From an uncultured Gammaproteobacteria bacterium (lineage in GTDB: Bacteria > Pseudomonadota > Gammaproteobacteria > Steroidobacterales > Steroidobacteraceae), in NCBI GenBank assembly GCA_963775415.1, contig CAVZIO010000007.1, positions 151,707 to 215,706 on the forward strand: 64,000 bases of DNA, in the 5' to 3' direction. The notes under the pieces were generated by a model. That model was not told where the DNA came from and did not search any database. It worked only from the letters and a program-made list of their open reading frames with translations. The position numbers were made by a program, and so were the translations under genes. Shown here piece after piece: positions 56,600 to 64,000 of the stretch (positions are counted from its first letter, which is position 1; the number at the start of each line of letters is the position of its first letter).

Positions 56600-57034
56600 C
56601 TACTCGACTAGGTTCAAGTCGAACTTGCCGTCGGCCTCCTGATAGAAAATCGTCTCTACCTTCGCGTCGGAACCCGTCGAATGCCGGACGCCGCCCGGAA
56701 TCAGTAGGTACTGACCGGGGGTCACCCGAATCGCATCGCCCTGCTCGGGCTTGTAGACGTAGGCGCCCTTGACCACGACGATCCGGAGGTCGTTCGTGTG
56801 CGTATGGAGTTTCGCCTCAAAATTGGGTGCAAACTTCGTGAACGCGCCATGCGCTCCGCTGGTCGGGTCGCCGCGGACCGCGGATTGTGATGCCCCTGGA
56901 TTCAGCTTCGTGTAGGTCGCCGTCGCGGAGTCGACGTGCACAGGCTTCTTGCTGTCCCCTGAATGGGCCACACCCAAGGCCGCCACGGCGGACAGAGTGC
57001 CCGCGGCCACAGCCGCGCGGATCGTAAGTCGCAT
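56600..57034 (-). CDS. secreted cupin domain-containing protein
   Basis: ATG 57034 is preceded by GGGAGAA. Signal peptide MRLTIRAAVAAGTLSAVAALGVA. Cupin motifs HTHTNDLRIVVVKG and PGGVRH. Confidence 0.75.
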   Translation of the reverse strand: MRLTIRAAVAAGTLSAVAALGVAHSGDSKKPVHVDSATATYTKLNPGASQSAVRGDPTSGAHGAFTKFAPNFEAKLHTHTNDLRIVVVKGAYVYKPEQGDAIRVTPGQYLLIPGGVRHSTGSDAKVETIFYQEADGKFDLNLVE

Positions 57035-57111
57035 TGTCGTTCTCCCTGATTGTCGAAAACGCGAGGATAGTCCCATTCGCGGGCGGTGCAACTGATCGCA
57101 GGGTCGATTGT

Positions 57112-57247
57112 CGTCGACAAAGGCGAAATCGTCGAAAACAACAGCCCGAGCGCTTTCACCGCCATGTTCCGGCGCGCGTTTGGCCGGGCGCCGACGCAAT
57201 ACCTCGCCTCGATTCCGGATGCGAAGGAGCCCGAGCAGCACCATTGA
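57112..57247 (+). pseudogene. remnant of an AraC family regulator (C-terminal HTH fragment only)
   Basis: Frame 2 reads VVDKGEIVENNSPSAFTAMFRRAFGRAPTQYLASIPDAKEPEQHH then stop at 57245-57247. SxFxxxFRRxFGxxPxxY is the end of an AraC second helix-turn-helix. No upstream domain is present. Confidence 0.3.
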
Positions 57248-57256
57248 AGGCCGCGC

Positions 57257-57880
57257 TCAGCGGCCCGGGTTCAGTTCCCGCATCCACGCGAGCAGCGCGT
57301 CCGAATCCGTTTGGCCGAGCGCTTCGGTCATCTCGGCGAACATCGACTCCCGCTCGTCCTGTCCAAGCTTGAATTTGGCGCGCTGCTCCACGACTTTCGC
57401 CTCGAACGGCACGATTCCGCGCCTGATCCTCTCGTAGCGCGCGCCCATCTCCGACCGCTGCCAGGCACCGGGGCGACCGTGCTCCATCGCGCCGATCAAG
57501 TCATCCAGGTGCGCCTCGAGCCGCGCCGGCGATTCGTCGAAAGCGATCGTCACGAGGAATTGCACGACCACGTAATTCCAGGTCGGGGCCCAGGTCCGGT
57601 CGCTCACCCAGGACGGCGAAATGTAGCCTTGCGGGCCACTGAACAAAATGAGCGCACGCGCATCGCGCTGCAACGCGGCGCAGAGCGGGTTTCTGCGCGC
57701 CATGTGCCCCTCGAGCGCCTCGATGCGCCCGTCCGCGCTGACGCGCGGTCGCAGCGGAAGCGGCGTCGCGCGGAATGCGCCACCCTCGAATGAAATGACC
57801 CAGGCGAGCGGATGCCCGAGCACCAGGCGCAGGACCTGCTCGTCGCTCTTCGGCGCGAAAACGTCCGCCGCGGTCGTCAA
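57257..57880 (-). CDS. FMN-binding negative transcriptional regulator (PaiB family)
   Basis: 207 aa: LEGHMARRNP, FSGPQGYISPSW, TWNYVVV and FKLGQDE motifs typical of PaiB. Confidence 0.85.
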   Translation of the reverse strand: MTTAADVFAPKSDEQVLRLVLGHPLAWVISFEGGAFRATPLPLRPRVSADGRIEALEGHMARRNPLCAALQRDARALILFSGPQGYISPSWVSDRTWAPTWNYVVVQFLVTIAFDESPARLEAHLDDLIGAMEHGRPGAWQRSEMGARYERIRRGIVPFEAKVVEQRAKFKLGQDERESMFAEMTEALGQTDSDALLAWMRELNPGR

Positions 57881-58018
57881 GCTGCCACCCCATCGTAAAC
57901 GACGTTACATAGCAAAGACCCACGCGGCGCATCGCCTCTTGCGGGTCCGAATTCATCGCACGCGGGCCACGGGCAACTATATCTTCGCTCGCACTACACG
58001 TGGCCGTTTGCGACTGCT

Positions 58019-58225
58019 ATGAAACCACTTCTGGAGCAATCGAGCAGAAGTGCCATGTCATGCAGATTATCCGCGGCGGCGTTGCTTGTGTCAGCAATCG
58101 CGGCGATGCCCTTGCAGGTCGACGGCGGATGCTACGAAGTTTACGCGCTCGACGAGAAGAAAGAGCGTGTCGAGGCGTATTTCCACCCGGTCACGCTGGA
58201 GCGGGTTCCGATCGCCGAACAGTGA
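58019..58225 (+). CDS. small secreted PepSY-like protein
   Basis: Signal peptide, then GCYEVYALDEKKERVEAYFHPVTLERV, the pattern of short PepSY-domain proteins. Confidence 0.6.
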   Translation: MKPLLEQSSRSAMSCRLSAAALLVSAIAAMPLQVDGGCYEVYALDEKKERVEAYFHPVTLERVPIAEQ

Positions 58226-58254
58226 GCGCGGACGCCTCGCAGTTGCGGCGCACG

Positions 58255-58386
58255 ATTCCGGTGTGGGACGCCGCCTCTTCGGGTTCGTCGCGCTGCACAT
58301 ACTGGGCGTCTTGCTCACGTCCATCAGGCACCGGGGAAATCTGCCTGCGTCAATGCTGCAATGGGCGCAAGCGCGAAGAAGACTAG
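58255..58386 (+). pseudogene. remnant of a cytochrome b561-like membrane protein (last helix only, with a frame shift)
   Basis: RRLFGFVALHILGVLLTSIRHRGNLPASML (frame of ORF 58050..58424) followed by NGRKREED and a stop (frame of ORF 58000..58386). This resembles the C-terminal helix and tail of cytochrome b561/CybB-type partners of PepSY proteins. The first three helices or so are absent. Confidence 0.3.
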
Positions 58387-58454
58387 CGGCGCTGGCGGAG
58401 CTTGCCAATTCACGCCTTTGGTAACAAAGTGCCGCGTCGAGAGGGGGAAGGCAC

Positions 58455-59954
58455 ATGATAAACCGCCGTCGTTTTTTCCAGTCCTCGCTGGCCGCTGCAG
58501 TCGCCTATGCGCTGCCGACTCCGCGGCTCTATGCGCTAGACCAGGCAGCCTCGCAGGCCGCGGGCGGCCTCGCCGCAGTCAAGCTCGACGGCTCGGCGAC
58601 GGTCATCGAGCAGGCGGCGGTCGCCGAACTCAAGGCAAGCCTGCGCGGGCCACTCCTGCTCGCCGGCGATGCGGGCTACGACTCGGCGCGGCGCATCCTG
58701 CATCCGCAATTCGACAAGCACCCGGCGCTCATCGTGCAGCCGACCGGCGCGGCGGATGTGCGAAACGCCGTCACCTTTGCGCGCGAACGCGAGCTGCTCG
58801 TCGCCGTGAAGTGCGGTGGCCACAGCTTTTCGGGCAAGTCCACCTGCGACGGCGGCCTGCAGATCGACTTGTCGCGGCTGCGCGGCGTCCGGGTCGATAC
58901 GACCGCACGCCGGGCTTACGTCGAAGGCGGCAGCCTGCTTGGCGATCTCGACCACGAAGTGATGGCGCACGGCCTCGTGACGACGGCCGGCACCGTGTCG
59001 CACACCGGCGTCGGCGGCCTCACGCTCGGCGGCGGCTTCGGGCGCGTCGCGCGACGCTTCGGCCTCGCGCTCGACAACGTGAAATCCGTGGACATCGTGA
59101 CCGCGGACGGCCAGCTCCGCCACGCGAGCGCGGAAGAGAACCCCGACCTGTTCTGGGCGGTGCGCGGCGGCGGCGGCAACTTCGGCATCGTCACCGGCTT
59201 CGAGTTCGGCCTGCACCCGATGCAGCGGCAGATCATCGGCGGCGACGTGGTGTTTCCGATCGAGCGGGCGCGCGAGCTGCTCGAGTTCTACGCCGAGTAC
59301 AGTGACCAGGCGCCCGACGAGCTGTACGTGGACTACGAAATGAATTCCCCCGTGGGCGGCAAGGCCGACGCGGTGAGGATCCAGGCCTGCTATTCGGGGC
59401 CGGCCTCCGAGGCCGACCGCGTGCTGGCGCCGCTGCGCAAGCTGGGCAAGCCGATCGAGGACACAATCAGGGCGCAGGACTACGTTGCGATCCAGCGCAG
59501 CGGGGACTATACCGATGCGCGCAACAACGGCGTGTATCTCAAGGCCGGCTTCATCGCCGGCTATACCGCCGGGTTGATGGACGCCGTCTTCGACGGATTC
59601 CAGCCGGATCCGGAGCGCGGCACCTACTTCTTCCACCAGCATGCGGGCGGCGCCATCAGCCGCGTTGCGACGGACGCAACCGCGTTCCCGCATCGTCGCC
59701 AGACCCTGGAGATTTTCGCCGTCGTCAGCTGGGACCTGGCCACGGACGGTAAGCGCCACGTCAACTACGTCAAGGACTACTGGTCAAAGCTGCTGCCGTT
59801 CACCGACGGCTACTACACGAACGAGGTGACCGACGAGCTCCAGCCGAAGGTCGACGAGAACTACCGCGGGAACATCGGGCGCCTGCGTCAACTCAAGCGG
59901 CAGTACGATCCGCAGAACCTGTTCCGGCTGAACGTCAACATCCTGCCGGCGTGA
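58455..59954 (+). CDS. Tat-signal FAD-binding oxidoreductase (FAD_binding_4 / BBE-like)
   Basis: MINRRRFFQSSLAAAVAYAL Tat signal. VAVKCGGHSFSG, GVGGLTLGGGFG, NPDLFWAVRGGGGNFG and C-terminal YDPQNLFRLNVNI (BBE). Confidence 0.9.
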   Translation: MINRRRFFQSSLAAAVAYALPTPRLYALDQAASQAAGGLAAVKLDGSATVIEQAAVAELKASLRGPLLLAGDAGYDSARRILHPQFDKHPALIVQPTGAADVRNAVTFARERELLVAVKCGGHSFSGKSTCDGGLQIDLSRLRGVRVDTTARRAYVEGGSLLGDLDHEVMAHGLVTTAGTVSHTGVGGLTLGGGFGRVARRFGLALDNVKSVDIVTADGQLRHASAEENPDLFWAVRGGGGNFGIVTGFEFGLHPMQRQIIGGDVVFPIERARELLEFYAEYSDQAPDELYVDYEMNSPVGGKADAVRIQACYSGPASEADRVLAPLRKLGKPIEDTIRAQDYVAIQRSGDYTDARNNGVYLKAGFIAGYTAGLMDAVFDGFQPDPERGTYFFHQHAGGAISRVATDATAFPHRRQTLEIFAVVSWDLATDGKRHVNYVKDYWSKLLPFTDGYYTNEVTDELQPKVDENYRGNIGRLRQLKRQYDPQNLFRLNVNILPA

Positions 59955-59984
59955 GGCAGTCGTTGGGCCGCGGCAACCAGACGC

Positions 59985-62345
59985 TCATGCCTTGGCCAGC
60001 GCGCGATGCAGGCCATCGAGCAGCATCCGGGCATTGTCCGGCGTAAAAACCAGCGGCGGCCGGATCTTGAGGACGTTGTCGAATGCCCCCGTGCGCCCGA
60101 GCAGGAAACCGTCTTCGCGCAGCAGATTCATGATCCGGTCGGCCTCTTCGACGGCCGGCGCGCGCGTCGCGTGGTCGCGCACGATCTCGAGACCCCAGAA
60201 GAGTCCCTTGCCGCGCACGTCCGCAATCAGCGGGTGCCTGGCCGCGAGCTTAGCGAGTCCGGGCTCGAGCACTTTGCCCGCCGCGATCACGTTCTGCTGG
60301 ATGCCCTCGCGCTCCAGCACGTCGAGCACGGCCATGCCGACGGCGGCGGACACCGGGTTGCCGCCGAACGTATTGAAGTAGGAGAACTTCGCCGCAAACT
60401 TCGCCGCGATCGCAGGCGTCGTGATCACCGCGCCGATCGGATGGCCGTCGCCGATCGGCTTGCCGAGCGCGACGATGTCTGGCACTACTTTTGAGTAATT
60501 GAATGCCCACATCTCCTCGCCGGTGCGGTAGAACCCAGACTGCACCTCGTCGGCGATGAAGAGCCCGCCCGCGGCCCGGATCGCTCCGGCCGTGTATTCG
60601 AGATAGCCGGGCGGCGACAGGATCGTGCCGTTCGAGTCGAAGATGATGTCGCACACCCATGCCGCGGCGCCCTGCTTACGCTCCTTCAGCTTCGCGATCG
60701 CCGTGTCGATGTGCGCCGCGTATTTCAGCCCCAGATCCGGCGTCCCGTACCGATACTCGCCGCGGTAGCCGTTGGGCGGCGGCACGGTCGCGAGCCACGC
60801 CGGCTGCTCCGACTTCGGGTACATGCAGGTTGATGCCGTGCCGACCACATTCGAGTTGCCATGATAGGAATCGTCGGAGACGATCACGCCTTCGTTCTTG
60901 CTGACGACCCGTGCGATACGGATCGCGAGATCGATGGCCTCGGTGCCGGTGCACACGAAGTAACAGACCCGCAGCGGTTCCGGCATCGTCGCGGTCAGCC
61001 GCTCCGCGTAGCGGACGACGTTGTCGTGCAGATAACGGGTATGCGTATTCAGCGTCGCCGCCTGGCGCGACAGCGCGGCGACCACATGCGGATGGCAATG
61101 ACCGACCGAGGCTACATTATTGTAGCAGTCGAGGTAGCGCCGGCCGTCCGCGTCGAAGAGCCAGGTGCCTTCGCCGCGTACGAGGTGCACGGGACGGTCA
61201 TAGAACAGCCGATAGCTCGGCCCGAGCGCGCGGTCGCGTCGCTCGCGCAGTCCGTCGATATCGACGTTCGCCGGCGCGCGGCCGACACGTCCGCAGGCGG
61301 CCCGATAGCGCTCGTGCACTTCCGCGCGATCGAGAGCCAGGAACTTCGCCAGCGCGCGCACGATTTCGGGCCGCTCTTCGGTGAGCCAGGCCGGCGGCTT
61401 CTCGGTCGCGTGGATCCGGACGTCGTACATGCAGAGCGCGGTCGCCAGCCGCAGCAGCGTCAGGTCGTGCAGGACTTCCAGCTCCTCGTCCGCGAGCGGC
61501 AGTACGGCATTCCACGCCTCCACCTGCGCCACGGCGTTCTCGAGCGACATCTCGCCGTGGCGGGCGAAGCTCGCGAGGGACACCGCGAGGTCCTGCACGA
61601 GCGGCGCGTGCACCATGTCACCAAAATCGATGACGCCGACGATCTCGTCCGTGCCGGACTCCGCGCGCAGCAGGTTGTCGGCGTGACCGTCACTGTGCAC
61701 GACCTGCGCGCGCAAGCCGGGCAGGCGTGGCAGGACATCGCGCTGGAAGCGCGCATTGAAGTCCACGCATAGCGCCTTGGCGTCGTCGGCCACCCAGGCC
61801 CGGATGCCGGGCTCCAGGAGCAGCGCCCGCTGGATGTCCCAGGCCACGAAGTGGCGCGCGTGCGGGTGGAAGAAACCCTGCAATCCACGCGCGAGCTTCG
61901 CCTGGAAAGCGGCGGCGTTGCGAAGCGCGTTGATCCCGAGCGGCTTGCTCTGCGAAAGCGGTATTCCCGCAATCCAGCTCAGCACCCGCACCATGTGGCG
62001 CTTGCCGTCCGCGGCCACGATCCATTCGCGGTCATTGCCTCTCGTCGACGCGACGACGCGCGGCACCGGAAGGTCCGGGGCATGACGCTCCAGGTGGCGG
62101 AGCGCCGCGACCTGGAAATCCACGGCGCCTTCGCTTTCGCCCGCGGCCGAGACCTTCAGGACATAGTTCGCGCCGTCCGCGGTCGTGAGACGATGGTTCT
62201 GGTCGCGCTCGCCGTCGAGCGGCGCGAGGTCGCCTTCCAGGCCCCAATGCTCGCGGGCACAGTCCCGCAGCTGCCCGGGCGGAAATGCGGGTGGATTGAA
62301 GTTCAAATCCACGGCGCTGAGGGGTCGCTGAAGGGCGACATTCAT
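59985..62345 (-). CDS. bifunctional APH-like kinase / class III aminotransferase-fold PLP enzyme (hydroxylysine-kinase plus phospho-lyase type fusion)
   Basis: ATG 62345 (MNVALQRPL). The N-terminal phosphotransferase domain has [12 protein letters not shown] and GVIDFGD. The C-terminal class III aminotransferase domain has [33 protein letters not shown] and ALGKPIG (PLP Lys). The part of ORF 59985..63017 upstream of 62345 overlaps genes on the other strand. Confidence 0.85.
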   Translation of the reverse strand: MNVALQRPLSAVDLNFNPPAFPPGQLRDCAREHWGLEGDLAPLDGERDQNHRLTTADGANYVLKVSAAGESEGAVDFQVAALRHLERHAPDLPVPRVVASTRGNDREWIVAADGKRHMVRVLSWIAGIPLSQSKPLGINALRNAAAFQAKLARGLQGFFHPHARHFVAWDIQRALLLEPGIRAWVADDAKALCVDFNARFQRDVLPRLPGLRAQVVHSDGHADNLLRAESGTDEIVGVIDFGDMVHAPLVQDLAVSLASFARHGEMSLENAVAQVEAWNAVLPLADEELEVLHDLTLLRLATALCMYDVRIHATEKPPAWLTEERPEIVRALAKFLALDRAEVHERYRAACGRVGRAPANVDIDGLRERRDRALGPSYRLFYDRPVHLVRGEGTWLFDADGRRYLDCYNNVASVGHCHPHVVAALSRQAATLNTHTRYLHDNVVRYAERLTATMPEPLRVCYFVCTGTEAIDLAIRIARVVSKNEGVIVSDDSYHGNSNVVGTASTCMYPKSEQPAWLATVPPPNGYRGEYRYGTPDLGLKYAAHIDTAIAKLKERKQGAAAWVCDIIFDSNGTILSPPGYLEYTAGAIRAAGGLFIADEVQSGFYRTGEEMWAFNYSKVVPDIVALGKPIGDGHPIGAVITTPAIAAKFAAKFSYFNTFGGNPVSAAVGMAVLDVLEREGIQQNVIAAGKVLEPGLAKLAARHPLIADVRGKGLFWGLEIVRDHATRAPAVEEADRIMNLLREDGFLLGRTGAFDNVLKIRPPLVFTPDNARMLLDGLHRALAKA

Positions 62346-62417
62346 TCGTGGCGGCTCCGTCGCGGAAGTCGAAGTATAGGGGTTAAGATCCAGGCATCCA
62401 CTAGCGAGATACCCCCA

Positions 62418-62720
62418 ATGATCCGACCCATTCTGATATTCGCCCTGCTGGCATGTGCCACCACCCCGGCCCTCGCCGGCAGCTTCGCCGCCACCTCGGC
62501 CGGCACCTCCGCCGCCGGTTCGTCGGCCTCGTCCAACAGCACGTCCGGCAAGGACAAAGTGGTGCTGCAAGCCCGCGATGACGCCGCGAGCTTCGTCGCG
62601 AGCGACGGACGGATCCGCGGCGCCCAACTGGAAGCGGCGCTGCGGCATCTGCGTGAGCGCAATGCGGGCGCACAGCGCGCGAGCGACATGCAGCTGGCGC
62701 AGGCCATCCTGGCGTTGTGA
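62418..62720 (+). CDS. DUF2388 domain-containing secreted protein
   Basis: Signal peptide MIRPILIFALLACATTPALA, a Ser/Thr/Ala-rich segment, then ARDDAASFVASDGRIRGAQLEAALRHLR...SDMQLAQAILAL. Confidence 0.8.
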   Translation: MIRPILIFALLACATTPALAGSFAATSAGTSAAGSSASSNSTSGKDKVVLQARDDAASFVASDGRIRGAQLEAALRHLRERNAGAQRASDMQLAQAILAL

Positions 62721-64000
62721 GCCTAAGGCGTCGGCTGCGAACAGCGTGGCCGGCGCTGTGCCTGCTCGCCTGCACGGAATCCGCGCAGGCGGCACTGCAA
62801 CTGGAGTCGATCGACCGTTCACTGACACCGGCCCAGGCTGCGGCCACGCAGCAACTCCTCGCTGACGCCGTCCAGCGCCTGCCCGTCGCGTGGGTGGACG
62901 CGCTGGATCAGCGCATCGAAGTGGAGTGGCGCGACGACCTGCCCGCGCAGGTCCACGGCCGTGCACAGGGACGGCAGTTGCTTCTTGACCGTGCACTGCT
63001 CGACGGCTGGATGGCACGTCCGCACGATGCCGGCATCGAGGATCCGGCCACGCGCGCAGCGCTCGCCGCTGTCATCCACGAACTGGCCCACTTCTACGAC
63101 CTCACGCCGCAAGGCCGGCTCTCACGCGATCCGCGCCTGCTCGATCTGGCCGGCTGGCAGGTCAGCCCGATGCGGCTGGGTCTCCGCACCTCGCACAACG
63201 CCTTCAGCGATCGCAGCCCGGATCGCTACGAGCTGGACAGCCCGGCCGAGTTCGTCGCGGTGAATCTCGAATATTTCCTGCTGGATCCGGCCTACGCCTG
63301 CCGCCGGCCGGCGCTGCATAGCCATTTCGCCGCGCATTTCGGCAGCGTGCCGCCGCCGGCCGACTGTGCGCCCGACTTTGTCTACGTGCAGGCCGGCGCC
63401 GATCCCGACCTGTCGCCGCTGCTGCAGCTCGATCCCGACCGCATCTACGCCGTCGAATACCTGCTCGCCGAAGGCAACGAGCGGCCGATGAGCCGCTGGG
63501 GCCACAGCATGCTGCGGCTGGTGATCTGCGCGCCGGGCCGCGCGCGCGGGCCCGATTGCCGCCTTGACCTGCAATACCACCAGGTGCTGTCGTTTCGCGC
63601 GTTCGTCGGTGACGTGCAGATTTCGAGCTGGCGCGGCCTGACGGGCTCCTACCCCTCGCGCCTGTTCCTCCTGCCGCTCGAGCAGGTGATCGAGGAGTAC
63701 ACCAAGGTTGAACTCCGCGGCCTGCAGTCGATCCCGTTGCAGCTGGACCCCGCCGAGATCGCCGCCCTGCTGGAACGCACCGCGCGATTGCACTGGAGCT
63801 ACGACGGCCGCTACTACTTCCTCAGCAACAACTGCGCCGTGGAGACTTTCAAGCTGCTGCACGACGGCGTGCCACGGCTCGCCGACGAGGATCTCGCCAG
63901 CATCACGCCCACCGGTCTGCTGCGTCGGCTCGAGCGCGCCGGCATCGCCGATGTCACGGTGCTGGAAGATCACGACAAAGCCCTGCGTCTCGGCTACCGC
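62717..64000 (+). CDS. DUF4105 / Lnb N-terminal periplasmic domain-like protein (3' partial, runs off the window)
   Basis: I translated this by hand. It is absent from the ORF track because it has no stop inside the window. GTG overlaps the DUF2388 stop (GTGA). Signal peptide WPALCLLACTESAQA. AVEYLLAEGNERPMSRWGHSMLRLVIC and YYFLSNNCAVETFKLL motifs. Open to position 64000. Confidence 0.75.
   Translation, partial: MSLRRRLRTAWPALCLLACTESAQAALQLESIDRSLTPAQAAATQQLLADAVQRLPVAWVDALDQRIEVEWRDDLPAQVHGRAQGRQLLLDRALLDGWMARPHDAGIEDPATRAALAAVIHELAHFYDLTPQGRLSRDPRLLDLAGWQVSPMRLGLRTSHNAFSDRSPDRYELDSPAEFVAVNLEYFLLDPAYACRRPALHSHFAAHFGSVPPPADCAPDFVYVQAGADPDLSPLLQLDPDRIYAVEYLLAEGNERPMSRWGHSMLRLVICAPGRARGPDCRLDLQYHQVLSFRAFVGDVQISSWRGLTGSYPSRLFLLPLEQVIEEYTKVELRGLQSIPLQLDPAEIAALLERTARLHWSYDGRYYFLSNNCAVETFKLLHDGVPRLADEDLASITPTGLLRRLERAGIADVTVLEDHDKALRLGYR

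Noticed and set aside
62346-63017. N-terminal 224-codon extension of ORF 59985..63017 (1010 aa)
   Set aside because: The extension is Arg/Ala/Gly-rich with no motifs. It overlaps the DUF2388 and DUF4105 genes on the other strand. The kinase domain begins right after the internal ATG at 62345.
1-64000. CRISPR arrays, rRNA/tRNA genes, transposases, integrases, prophage or known defence systems (restriction-modification, toxin-antitoxin, and so on)
   Set aside because: I scanned the translations and intergenic regions. I found no repeat-spacer arrays, no recombinase or transposase motifs and no structured RNA genes. Their absence is based on reading by eye and should be confirmed with tRNAscan-SE, Infernal and ISfinder-type searches.

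Overview
This is a GC-rich chromosomal segment, with third codon positions dominated by G/C. It looks Gram-negative and proteobacterial: lipoboxes, Tat and Sec signals, outer-membrane proteins ending in Phe, a TorF-type porin and an LpxH/PlcP-like gene. I can support about 80 protein-coding genes. I found no rRNA, tRNA, CRISPR array, transposase, integrase or phage genes.

Gene content is mostly accessory metabolism and envelope functions:
- six GNAT acetyltransferases and two GFA-family proteins
- an arylsulfatase next to its formylglycine-generating enzyme
- a LytS/LytTR two-component system
- an ArsR-SRPBCC pair preceded by a perfect 24-bp palindrome
- ChaA and SugE/Gdx
- two group II PLP decarboxylase-like genes
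- a MalT-like LuxR regulator
- a PlcP-like phosphoesterase plus glycosyltransferase pair (phosphorus-stress lipid remodelling type)
- two methionine-sulfoxide-reductase loci
- an ECF sigma / anti-sigma / S8 lipoprotein-peptidase operon
- a kinase-aminotransferase fusion

Two things deserve a second look.
1. On the minus strand at 50.4-55.7 kb there is an uncharacterised envelope cluster: trypsin-like protease, FHA membrane protein, CxxCH lipoprotein, CxxCH outer-membrane barrel and TorF porin. It converges on the ECF/S8 operon.
2. At least about 30 reading-frame disruptions are unevenly distributed. They are very dense in dipZ-msrB-msrA (24.4-27.4 kb), in two heme-protein genes (32.3-34.0 kb) and in the envelope cluster, while many long genes are intact. 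Several sit in homopolymer runs. Assembly or sequencing error and genuine gene decay both remain possible and must be separated with read data.

Start codons are inferred from RBS position and start/stop overlaps, so they are approximate. Family names rest on motifs I recognise in the translations, not on database searches.
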